A stretch of 64,000 nt of DNA. Origin: a virus. A program made the translations under genes and the position numbers. The stretch is from positions 1-64,000 of the IMG/VR virus record IMGVR_UViG_3300027963_000048; one strand, 5' to 3'. Position 1 is the first letter of the stretch. Every line of letters begins with the position of its first letter. Positions 8,801 to 16,950 of the stretch are shown here, piece after piece. The notes under the pieces were generated by a model. It was not told the origin of the DNA. It saw only the letters and a list, made by a program, of their open reading frames with translations, and made no database searches.

Positions 8801-10268
8801 AATGTCATATAACAGAGCATGTCTATGTGATGCAGAGACAAATGATTTAGTGCCTATAGCTGTAGAAGCTGTAATTGATGAAAGCATCGAAGTCGAGACT
8901 TATGATCTATCGGTCCCAGGCAGGAATGAATTCGTTGCTGAGGGCATGCTTGTGCATAACACAGCGGAAATCGCCTTTGGTAGCCCAGATGACACCGAAT
9001 ATAGCAACATGAAGAATGTCACCGCTGGCTTAACTGAAACTGAACGAAATGAATTCTTCAATGTCACAAATGGTCTGTATAGCAAATCTCGTAGCCATGC
9101 TACTATCGATGATTTCACGGGAACTACTATCTCAGCCGATAAATTAAACAGAGCTATAGAGACCTGGAACGCGCTTAACAGCTACAGATGGGCATCCAAC
9201 AATAGCGTGTCCGCTGAAGTTGGTATGGATTATTCGAAATTCGGTGAGCAGATTGCTGCCAATGGCGAACCAGGGTTTATCTGGCTCCAAAATATGCGAG
9301 ATTATGGCCGCATGAAAGATGGGCATACTCCTGGTATTGATGGGCGAGTTGCCGGAAGCAACCCTTGCGTCGAGCAATCGCTAGAATCTTCTGAGTTATG
9401 TTGCTTGGTTGAGACATTCCCAGCCAGACATGATGATGCAGCGGATTTCATGCGCACATTGAAATTCGCATACCTGTATGCTAAAACCGTTACCTTGCTG
9501 CCTACCCATAATGTCCGCACCAATCAAGTGATGTTACGTAATCGTCGCATAGGCCTATCACAATCAGGTATAGTGCAAGCTTTTGCTAAATTCGGTAGAC
9601 GTGCTGTTTTGAGGGATTTTTGTGACGCAGGTTATAGTGAGATCGATAGTTGGGACATGATCTATTCAGAATGGTTATGTGTGCCTAAGAGCATCAAGAA
9701 GACCAGCATCAAGCCTAGTGGTTCGGTGTCGCTCTTAGCTGGAGCCACACCTGGCATCCACTACCCAGAAGCTACAACTTATTGGAGAACTGTACGTGTA
9801 GCCAAGGATAACATACTTGTTAAGATCCTCCAAAAGGCAGGATATAGGGTAGAACCTAGTGTGACTGATAGTCGTACTATGGTAGTATATTTCGCTATCA
9901 GCGATAGATCTGTTAAAGCGGTAAATGAGGTGAGTATGCTGGAGCAACTGGAAAATTGTGCTGCTTACCAACATTATTGGGCAGATAATCAAGTTAGTTG
10001 CACAGTTAAGTTTAAGAAGCATGAAGCTAAAGACATCGCTTCAGCTCTAGAATTATATGAAGACCAACTGAAGGGCATTAGCTTCTTGCCTTATTTCGAA
10101 CACAACTATCCACAAGCACCATATATCCCTTGTGCGCCACAGGAGGTCGATGAATATAATAGTAGCATTAAAGAAGTGGACTATACTGATTACATAATGG
10201 AAGCTGCTGGTAGCAACTATTGCGAAAATGACACGTGTGAATTGAAGACTGAAACAGCGGCCCAATAA
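5883..10268 (+). CDS. nrdJ: class II (adenosylcobalamin-dependent) ribonucleotide reductase with two inteins
   Basis: VFFRTYSR, FLPPGRGLW, ALNN|C, GNVRR|TAE, NPCVEQSLESSELCCLVE, TSIKPSGSVS, C-terminal CENDTC; AGGAG RBS before ATG 5883. Confidence 0.95.
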   Translation: MLGVSKAINPRDYFSLDVKFLKQYEAKKPNFGFNGLGELVFFRTYSRLKPDGSKESFFDCIKRVVEGCYEIQRRHCVSLHIPWNFKKAQESAQEMFQRMWDFKFLPPGRGLWMMGTDFMWSRLGAALNNCFDGKTEIITRDGVKQIGLLVGTEQELLTTGGKWVKAPIKSFGVQELYKLTLERAGVQKIIYTTAGHRWFAKDLRKTQTVAIEDTSGVIVKKRQHIGYKEVTTVNLTEHHMMQSVYGSGVNGNVRPSAFGVAHGIAYGDGTTGQDSESCGTYLYLCEHKNEELLEYFPNCPTSFDKEKGVEGAVRVADLPRFFRRKPSLRESKSYLYGWLAGYFAADGTINTKGNQIYIASSEYDNMLLVRDVCAVLGIGTNSIVQTTQTVTHDGIKKKFIGYKIGIMPIHLNEDFFLLSEHKKRFLDHRSHRDRPLYKWHVKSVEQTGEFAEVYCPQVPDTQAFALADNILTGNCAFISTDDTIEADPAEPFCFLMDMAMLGVGVGFDTKGKDRIAIKNPSAKTVGYQIEDSREGWVESLRMLLHSYTLKYKDGKVKFDYSLIRPKGSPINGFGGTAAGSGILVELHNAVIALLDSRVGKKLSSVDITDIMNIIGKCVVAGNVRRCLPKGTLVHLKRGLTPIEQVRVGDLVLTADGYYPVIENVKQGVQRVVTIKNQMGKFRCTDRHRIAIMSGVGKYEWKRAKELVKDDRMVFVDAIIPGVTTALPSDTDASTRGNQMIVPNLTTDVAWFIGAIHGDGYVYDGRAYKGRKHHGSSVSISVNRDEYHDGMIEKISTGFAMFGFTAREQSSHDNSHKLRVTSRKLASYFHKNLKTAKTPLDVPEFILCGMPEIRAAYLAGLLDTDGSTKNRPTVLLASVYAKFIKQVQAVYSSLGIPTKCVLRAEEDGTNQAKWELHLVGEMAISKFNELVQQYAVKQLRVMTGYSGHDYGFPSAWVDKSTIDYGRSWSPQQAQMSYNRACLCDAETNDLVPIAVEAVIDESIEVETYDLSVPGRNEFVAEGMLVHNTAEIAFGSPDDTEYSNMKNVTAGLTETERNEFFNVTNGLYSKSRSHATIDDFTGTTISADKLNRAIETWNALNSYRWASNNSVSAEVGMDYSKFGEQIAANGEPGFIWLQNMRDYGRMKDGHTPGIDGRVAGSNPCVEQSLESSELCCLVETFPARHDDAADFMRTLKFAYLYAKTVTLLPTHNVRTNQVMLRNRRIGLSQSGIVQAFAKFGRRAVLRDFCDAGYSEIDSWDMIYSEWLCVPKSIKKTSIKPSGSVSLLAGATPGIHYPEATTYWRTVRVAKDNILVKILQKAGYRVEPSVTDSRTMVVYFAISDRSVKAVNEVSMLEQLENCAAYQHYWADNQVSCTVKFKKHEAKDIASALELYEDQLKGISFLPYFEHNYPQAPYIPCAPQEVDEYNSSIKEVDYTDYIMEAAGSNYCENDTCELKTETAAQ
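6270..7304 (+). mobile_element. intein 1 (345 aa) with LAGLIDADG homing endonuclease
   Basis: Starts CFDGKTEI, block B TTAGHRW, WLAGYFAADG, ends ADNILTGN followed by Cys+1. Confidence 0.93.
7758..8960 (+). mobile_element. intein 2 (401 aa) with LAGLIDADG homing endonuclease
   Basis: Starts CLPKGTLV, block B CTDRHRI, WFIGAIHGDG and YLAGLLDTDG, ends AEGMLVHN followed by Thr+1. Confidence 0.95.
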
Positions 10269-10275
10269 TGAAGGT

Positions 10276-10312
10276 ATGGCCCCCCTGCTGCTCTGCAGGG
10301 GGGCCATTGTAT
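10276..10312 (+). terminator. GC-rich stem-loop after nrdJ
   Basis: 13-bp stem atggcccccctgc/gcaggggggccat with 6-nt loop and weak T tail. Confidence 0.7.
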
Positions 10313-10321
10313 TGATGTAAT

Positions 10322-10552
10322 ATGAGATTTACGGAAGCTGAAACATACGACTTATATGTAGCATATCTAGAACCTATGTTACGTGAACAATACGGCCATC
10401 AATGCTTTAGTTACCAATACGACTTCAGTGGCGCCTATGTTTTGTTTCCGTATTTCGACATATCATTCGACGCAATCGACTTCGCAAGCCCGGAGGCAAG
10501 CTTAGCTTCCATCAGGTATAAAGAAGAAATAGCGTCAATCCTCTACATCTAA
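10322..10552 (+). CDS. hypothetical protein
   Basis: 76-aa ORF filling the gap. Confidence 0.55.
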   Translation: MRFTEAETYDLYVAYLEPMLREQYGHQCFSYQYDFSGAYVLFPYFDISFDAIDFASPEASLASIRYKEEIASILYI

Positions 10553-10570
10553 ACATTAAGCGAAAGAACA

Positions 10571-10798
10571 ATGGAAACAATCCAGTCTAAACTCGACATC
10601 CAATCTATCTTGCAAAAGTTAGATGAAAAACAGAATGAACCAGTGGACATGGTGATTACTACAAATGAAGGGGAGTCATTTTACTTTTCAGCCAAGCTTG
10701 ATATAATGTTCGGCAGAAAGGCCACAGAGGAGCTTGAGTCTAGGTATTTAATAGTGGAGATCATAGGCGACGGAACATATACTCAAAACGTGGAATAG
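10571..10798 (+). CDS. hypothetical protein
   Basis: 75-aa ORF directly upstream of the helicase. Confidence 0.6.
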   Translation: METIQSKLDIQSILQKLDEKQNEPVDMVITTNEGESFYFSAKLDIMFGRKATEELESRYLIVEIIGDGTYTQNVE

Positions 10799-10804
10799 AG
10801 TCAA

Positions 10805-12391
10805 ATGCGGGCTATCATCGTCGATAACAAATGGGTTTATTTCGACAACGTAACCGTGTCAGAAGAAGAGATCTTGTGGAATGAGTTCAGCGTCTCCAGA
10901 CCGAATGCTTACATTGATCCTAACCAGATGTCTCAATGGGATGGGGTATTTCGTAAGTATAATAGGGCTAAGAAAAGGGTCGCATTTCCGTTTCTGGGTA
11001 AAGTGAAAAAGCTTGCGGCGAAGCATGGCTTTCCGTTAGACATTGACGACCAGAGGAATTTAGAACGCAAGCTGTTCAAGATCGGTCATGACCATTTACC
11101 TGGGATTAAGCTAGAGCAGTACCAAATCGAAGCGACGGAAGCCGCGCTGAATGCAGAATGTGGCGTAATCAACGTACCAACCGGTGGTGGCAAAGGTGAA
11201 TTGGTTTGCGCTATCGTCAAAGCGCTAGATTGTGCTACTGTCATTTTGGCCGACCAAACGATCGTAGTTGATCAATTGAAAGCACGGCTAGAACTACGTG
11301 AGGTATCGGACACCGTTGGTATGTTCTATGCAGGTAAGAGGCCAAACGGAGAGACAGTAGTCGTTGGATCTATCCAATCTCTAACAAAGGTAAGCAAACC
11401 TCCTCAGCCGCCGTCAAAAGCTCATTGCGAGGATGAAGATGAATATAATCGCAAGGTTAAGCAATGGGAAAGATCTTATAAAGGATTTAAGACTCGGCAA
11501 AAAACCGCTAAATCGTTGCTTCAATATGTTGAAAATGCAGACTGCCTAATAGTAGATGAGGCAGATAGAGCAGTTAGTGACCCATGGAAAGTTTTATTCA
11601 GGTCGCACTTCAAGGGGAGCAGACGCTATGGGTTTAGCGGAACTCCGACCGATCCGGCTAAGCCCGTAGAAGCTATGGTTCTTGAAGAACATCTAGGCCC
11701 TATAATCTATACAGCGGAACGCAAGAAGTTGACTGAATTGGGACGAATTATACCATGCAAATACTATAGCATGTGTTTTGGCTTAGATGGAAGCATTAAG
11801 AACAGTACCACTTACGATCAAGCTTATAATGAATTCATGGTGGAAAATAACGCTTTTCATAATGACATCTTGAAGTTAACGACAGCGATCCTAAAACGTA
11901 ACAGCACAGATGGAGTGTTAATTTTAGTGGAGCGCGAGGCTTTAGGCAACAACTTATTAGCATTGTTTAAAGCCAATGAAATTGACACAGAGTTTATCTT
12001 CGGTAAAACTAACCACAAGCAACGGAAGATAGCGCTCAGCAGATTTGAGCAACGTGAGATCAGGGTTATTATAGGCGGTAAAATACTGAATCGTGGCCTA
12101 GACTTAAAAGGCGGTACTGAACACTTGATATTAGCTACTGGAGGTAAGCTAGCCACGGATTTCATTCAAAAGGTCGGCCGTGCGGTTCGACTTAATTCGG
12201 TAGGCAGCAGCAAAATCTACGATTTTTATTTCCGGTGTAATAAATACCTATATCAACATTCAAAAGCTCGATTAAAAGCTATTGTTGACATGGGTTACGA
12301 ATCAATAGTTGCATTTCCTGGTGGTACGATCGATGGAAGCGAACTCATCAGAAGAAGATTCAGTTTTAAATTTAAGTCCAAGTCCAAGTGA
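10805..12391 (+). CDS. uvsW: superfamily 2 DNA helicase, UvsW-like
   Basis: QWDGVFR N-terminal motif, Walker A VPTGGGKG, IVDEAD, FSGT, QKVGRAVR. Confidence 0.85.
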   Translation: MRAIIVDNKWVYFDNVTVSEEEILWNEFSVSRPNAYIDPNQMSQWDGVFRKYNRAKKRVAFPFLGKVKKLAAKHGFPLDIDDQRNLERKLFKIGHDHLPGIKLEQYQIEATEAALNAECGVINVPTGGGKGELVCAIVKALDCATVILADQTIVVDQLKARLELREVSDTVGMFYAGKRPNGETVVVGSIQSLTKVSKPPQPPSKAHCEDEDEYNRKVKQWERSYKGFKTRQKTAKSLLQYVENADCLIVDEADRAVSDPWKVLFRSHFKGSRRYGFSGTPTDPAKPVEAMVLEEHLGPIIYTAERKKLTELGRIIPCKYYSMCFGLDGSIKNSTTYDQAYNEFMVENNAFHNDILKLTTAILKRNSTDGVLILVEREALGNNLLALFKANEIDTEFIFGKTNHKQRKIALSRFEQREIRVIIGGKILNRGLDLKGGTEHLILATGGKLATDFIQKVGRAVRLNSVGSSKIYDFYFRCNKYLYQHSKARLKAIVDMGYESIVAFPGGTIDGSELIRRRFSFKFKSKSK

Positions 12392-12398
12392 AGTACCG

Positions 12399-13283
12399 AT
12401 GCGACGTCACTATTTCAAAAACGAAATAGTGGAGTGGGAGCTAACTCAATACTTGTGGACAGGTTGTACTAGCGTAGTTCTCAGAGATAGAATCATGGCT
12501 AATGCGTCTGAATTGATCAGACAGGTCATTAGGAAGCAAGGACTACATCAGATATATCCTGGTCAAGACGATAGCAGCTTCGGTGATCTGTTAACCACTG
12601 GCTGGATGCAGATAGAAAAAACACTGTATAAATACAGAGCTAGGCCTCACTGTCGTAAGTGTTTCCATCTTGACCGGCCAAATGATAGTATAATCTATGA
12701 TCCGGGCACTAAAGAGTATGGTATAAAGACGCTCTATCAGGTCTTCAAGGAATTCAAGCGTTGTAAGAAGTGTAGCACCAGGCTACATTACGAACCTATT
12801 ATTGAACCAGTGCAAGGCTTATTCGGCGGGTCTGACACAATACTATTTCGCGGGATGAGCAAAGTCTTTAATATGTGGAGTCAGATATCAAGGACGGTGA
12901 TCTTAGCTTACATTAAGAAAGAAGGGCGTGATCGTAAAAACTCTCACTCTTATATCAATCACCTTAATAATAAATCCAAGCCATTAAATGATGTGTTGTT
13001 TCGGTTCGTGCAGGAAGCCCGTCAGGTTTGCATGTATAACAAGGAATATCTTGCTATTATCGATGCGCTTGAATATCTGGTCTTACATGATTTTAAACCA
13101 TATGATGGTTTAATTGGTAAGTTGATGGAGCGTTCTAAATTAAACCGAGCAACCGTCGCTGGTTTTCTAAGATTTGTGAAGTTAAACAGCTTCGATTTTA
13201 CTGATTCGCCAATCAATAGGACTATTAAAGACTTTAAGCTGGATCGGCGTGGGGATGCTAAAGACGCTGAAGATGAATCATAG
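12399..13283 (+). CDS. putative late sigma factor (T4 gp55-like) with Cys-rich insertion
   Basis: HYFKNE start, DLLTTGWMQIEKTLYKY, KVFNMWSQISRTVILAYIKKE resemble gp55 motifs; CRKC...CKKC insert between them. Confidence 0.6.
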   Translation: MRRHYFKNEIVEWELTQYLWTGCTSVVLRDRIMANASELIRQVIRKQGLHQIYPGQDDSSFGDLLTTGWMQIEKTLYKYRARPHCRKCFHLDRPNDSIIYDPGTKEYGIKTLYQVFKEFKRCKKCSTRLHYEPIIEPVQGLFGGSDTILFRGMSKVFNMWSQISRTVILAYIKKEGRDRKNSHSYINHLNNKSKPLNDVLFRFVQEARQVCMYNKEYLAIIDALEYLVLHDFKPYDGLIGKLMERSKLNRATVAGFLRFVKLNSFDFTDSPINRTIKDFKLDRRGDAKDAEDES

Positions 13284-13311
13284 AAAATATACAGTGGTAA
13301 GGAGTGCTCCC

Positions 13312-13833
13312 ATGTCAGATCACTGGATTGAGTCGAAAATAGACACTGGCAAGTGTACAACTAGCGACATTGACGCTTTAATCTCTGAATCTTTAGAGAA
13401 AGCGATCAAGGACCGCATTAATAGCAGAACGGTTGTTTCAGCGCCAGAGACCAACCATAAAGATAATGCTACTGGCCACAATGCTTTAAGCACTGGCGGA
13501 ATTGCCGTTGGTCGACGGATTTTGCCGTCTCGTAAGCCGATCCACAAAATGTCGCATGGCAGATCGAAGCATGCACACGATAAGAGCACCAAGACTCAAC
13601 GTGAGAATGCAGCGAAAGCACGTGGAGAGAGCATGGGTTCTAGGCGTATCAAAATACCTCTTATGTGCGCTATAGAATCGATTAAAGCGATTCGTAAAAC
13701 TGGTAACATGCGCCTATTGCACGAAATGGCGCAGGAAGAGCCGATAGCCCAGATATTAAGAGAGCTAGCAGTAAGTGAAAACGATAATTATTATTTGAAG
13801 GCCGTTTTTGGCAACGAACATTTCGGTGACTGA
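13312..13833 (+). CDS. hypothetical basic protein, possible head/core component
   Basis: AAGGAG RBS; several hydrophobic-x-E sites (WIES, LISES, AIES); preceded by AATATACAGT. Confidence 0.6.
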   Translation: MSDHWIESKIDTGKCTTSDIDALISESLEKAIKDRINSRTVVSAPETNHKDNATGHNALSTGGIAVGRRILPSRKPIHKMSHGRSKHAHDKSTKTQRENAAKARGESMGSRRIKIPLMCAIESIKAIRKTGNMRLLHEMAQEEPIAQILRELAVSENDNYYLKAVFGNEHFGD

Positions 13834-14342
13834 TGTCTGACCCAGAAAATTTAGATGATCTAATTAATGAGTTAAAATCGCCCGGTTTGGTTAGCAAACC
13901 AATCGAAGAACCGCTTCGTCAGTTGGATAACAGACCTACTGTCGAAATAATGGGTTCAGCTCAAGCTGCACAAGCTCCTGTCGATGTTAAGAAATATTTA
14001 GATCAATTAGATCTCGTAACAGATGAAGTGCTTCAATCATGTAGATCTGACCGACAGGAAGCACAAGATACCATTAACTTGATTCGCGAAGAGATCGCAA
14101 AAGACATTGCACGTGGCCAATCACCCGGCAGATTGCTAGAATCATTGGTCACTGCTGTGGAAGTGAAGTCGGGCATTAATGGTACCGCCGTGAAAATGTT
14201 AGAGACTGCTGCTAAGACGCTAGCTGCCACCAAGGCTACATTAAATGTCAATAATATAAGTGTCAGTGGTAATAACGCAGCCAACATGGTCGATGCAGAT
14301 CTGACCAAGCTTCTAGCTGACACGCAGGAGTTTCAGTATTAA
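13833..14342 (+). CDS. putative terminase small subunit (gp16-like)
   Basis: Directly upstream of the large terminase; helical; SPGRLLESL resembles the gp16 SPRxxEV motif. Confidence 0.6.
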   Translation: MSDPENLDDLINELKSPGLVSKPIEEPLRQLDNRPTVEIMGSAQAAQAPVDVKKYLDQLDLVTDEVLQSCRSDRQEAQDTINLIREEIAKDIARGQSPGRLLESLVTAVEVKSGINGTAVKMLETAAKTLAATKATLNVNNISVSGNNAANMVDADLTKLLADTQEFQY

Positions 14343-14364
14343 GACTTCATCGACGCAGCGTGAA

Positions 14365-16341
14365 GTGATCAAACGATGTCGAGATTCATGCTTATGGTTT
14401 CTGAATGCATTTGGTAAGATAAAGCATCCTTCAGCTGGCATGTTACCTTTTACTCCATTTAAATATCAGCAGAGAGCTATACAGTCATTCCGAGAGAAAA
14501 AATTAAATATCTTTAGAAAATGTCGTCAGGCTGGAATCAGTAAGATAAGCGGAGCATTTGCGCTCTGGTTTGCAATGTTTAATAATTATAAAACCATATT
14601 GATTGTCTCAAGGAAAAACGACGATGCTATGAGCTTCCTGAGGGAGCATGTAGTCTTTCTGTATGAAAACTTACCAGAGTGGATGCAAGAGCTTTGGAAG
14701 CCTATAAAATTAAATGAACACGAAATCATATTCCCTAATAATAGCAAGATAACGAGCTTAACCAGCCATCCGGAAGTATTGAGATCACACGCATCATCGT
14801 TAAACATCATTGACGAAGCGGCGTTTATTCAAGGCATGGATGTAATGTGGGCTGCAGGCTGGCCTACGTTGCAACATGGTGGCCGTGTCATATGCATTAG
14901 CACCACCGCTGGTGTAGGCGGGTGGTACTGGTCCACATGGACGGACGCAGAACAACGCATAAATGGATGGAACCCCATTAATATTAATTGGTGGGATATG
15001 GACTGGGCTATAGAATATAAAGACCAATTGTCAAACGATTTTAAGAGGATAGCGCCAACCGATAATCTTGTCAACTGCGATAACCAATTAATCGACGTTT
15101 CACAGTTTGGCAGGTTAAAGTTAGACCCCATGAAATATGGCCCCAAGTGGAGCCCCTGGCTAGAAGACCAATATAGAGCGCTACAAGAGCAAGGTGAGGG
15201 GTGGAAGTTCGAGCAGGAAATATTAGCTCATTTTGTAGGCAGTGGCGGTACCGTCTTGGACAAAAGCGTGCTATCTTATATGGGTGACTGCGTCCAGAAG
15301 CCAGATGAGAAGGTCAAGGGGATACAGGTTTATGTAAATCCAGCGAGTAATGAAGAAGAAGATATGGATTTCGAATTTGACTCAGAAGATGAAGGATTTT
15401 GGATTTGGAAAAAGCCGGTCCTTACTATACCGGAGCGTAGACGCAGTGGGATATTGTTAAATCCGACTATCCCAGCTCACAGTTACGTTATGGGCGTGGA
15501 TATGGCGACGGGTAAGGGCCGTGACTACAGTGCGATAGAAATCTTCGATGTCGATACTAGGGAGCAAGTGGCAGAGTTCATGGCTAGAGTGCTGCCCAGA
15601 GAATTCGTAAAATATATCGATCGTATAGGCAGATACTTCAATTGCGCGTTAGCTGTGGTGGAACGGAATAACGGGGGCGATATAATCATCGATCAGCTCA
15701 GATATGACATACAATATCCGCGGTTGTGGCGGCGTAAGGATCTAAATGATAAGCCTACACCTGGTGGAGCTAGTCGTAAGCGCCAAAAAGCAATGAAGGT
15801 AGCCGCTTACGGTTTTGCTACTACAGGGAGCAGCAAAGCGTCACTCAATAAATTATTGATGGATCACTTCCGCACCAATGGTGAGGAGGGATATACGATT
15901 TATTCCGAGCGATTATATAAACAATTTCAAACGTATGTTCGTAAACGTGATAGAATGGGCAGAGATACTATGAGAACAGAGGCTGAAGAAGGTTCAGGTA
16001 ATCACGACGACTTGGTTATTGCGACCGCTTTGGCTATGGTAGGTCTTGCTGATGCTGGTTTCTCAGATAGCTCAGGCTTGATGCCTGTGAATGGCGGTTT
16101 GGATTTTAAGAGCCCACTAGGGTCTATTATACAAAAAGATGTGTCTAAGGCGGCTTTGCAGAAAAGCATCCTCGAATCCGGAATGGGTGTAATGATGCCG
16201 ATGGCTTTGGCTCCCACTGATTTCCCTGATATAGCAGCGTCTCGCGCTATTGATGCCTTCACGCTGCAGCTAGGTGCTATTCCGATCTCACAAGGTCGAC
16301 CAGTAATTACTCCACCCAAATATTTTAAAAGAGATGAATAA
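14365..16341 (+). CDS. terL: terminase large subunit (T4 gp17-like)
   Basis: FKYQ, Walker A KCRQAGIS, Walker B LNIIDEAAF, coupling motif ISTT, nuclease MGVDMATG/DYSA/HDDLVIA; true start may be ATT at 14338. Confidence 0.96.
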   Translation: MIKRCRDSCLWFLNAFGKIKHPSAGMLPFTPFKYQQRAIQSFREKKLNIFRKCRQAGISKISGAFALWFAMFNNYKTILIVSRKNDDAMSFLREHVVFLYENLPEWMQELWKPIKLNEHEIIFPNNSKITSLTSHPEVLRSHASSLNIIDEAAFIQGMDVMWAAGWPTLQHGGRVICISTTAGVGGWYWSTWTDAEQRINGWNPININWWDMDWAIEYKDQLSNDFKRIAPTDNLVNCDNQLIDVSQFGRLKLDPMKYGPKWSPWLEDQYRALQEQGEGWKFEQEILAHFVGSGGTVLDKSVLSYMGDCVQKPDEKVKGIQVYVNPASNEEEDMDFEFDSEDEGFWIWKKPVLTIPERRRSGILLNPTIPAHSYVMGVDMATGKGRDYSAIEIFDVDTREQVAEFMARVLPREFVKYIDRIGRYFNCALAVVERNNGGDIIIDQLRYDIQYPRLWRRKDLNDKPTPGGASRKRQKAMKVAAYGFATTGSSKASLNKLLMDHFRTNGEEGYTIYSERLYKQFQTYVRKRDRMGRDTMRTEAEEGSGNHDDLVIATALAMVGLADAGFSDSSGLMPVNGGLDFKSPLGSIIQKDVSKAALQKSILESGMGVMMPMALAPTDFPDIAASRAIDAFTLQLGAIPISQGRPVITPPKYFKRDE

Positions 16342-16408
16342 ATGTTGATTCAGCTAATGCAGCATTAAACTATCATAGATATTTGAAGCTAAATTGAATC
16401 GAGTTAGA

Positions 16409-16813
16409 TCAGAATGCCACTATAGCCCATGATGTTAAGCAATTGCCATCATGGATATTAAACCATTTCTTATTAAATTTCACGAGCGATTCTTTTAATT
16501 CTCCTAAAACAGGGCAGTTATAGATGATTTTTCGAGGTTCAAAGCCTTTAACTAGAACGTAATGACCATCTATTAAGCATATAATTGGTAATTTTCGAGC
16601 TACGAAATATTTTAATAGATGTATAGTCATGTTGCCTGCTACGACTTGTAAACCTTTTTCTCTTAAGAAGCTTTCGATGGTTCGAATTTGGACTCCATCA
16701 ACGGCATTGGCGAGAGAGCCGTGCCTACGGACTTTGTGGTAATTAAGTAGCATTTGCAAGCATGCTACGCCACAATCAGAATCGCCATTTTGGTATATCG
16801 GTGATATGTCCAT
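16409..16813 (-). CDS. C39-like cysteine peptidase domain protein
   Basis: QNGDSDCGVACLQMLL and GHYVLV motifs. Confidence 0.8.
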   Translation of the reverse strand: MDISPIYQNGDSDCGVACLQMLLNYHKVRRHGSLANAVDGVQIRTIESFLREKGLQVVAGNMTIHLLKYFVARKLPIICLIDGHYVLVKGFEPRKIIYNCPVLGELKESLVKFNKKWFNIHDGNCLTSWAIVAF

Positions 16814-16950
16814 GAGGGGCTCCTGTTACAGTATTTTCCCTCGGTGGCGAGTATCTGTAGATAAGTTGCTGGGCCAGATGCGCATTTAATAAATGTTAGC
16901 CCAATCTATGTGTTACATTTTATTAAAGATAAAATTATAGGAGTTAATCG

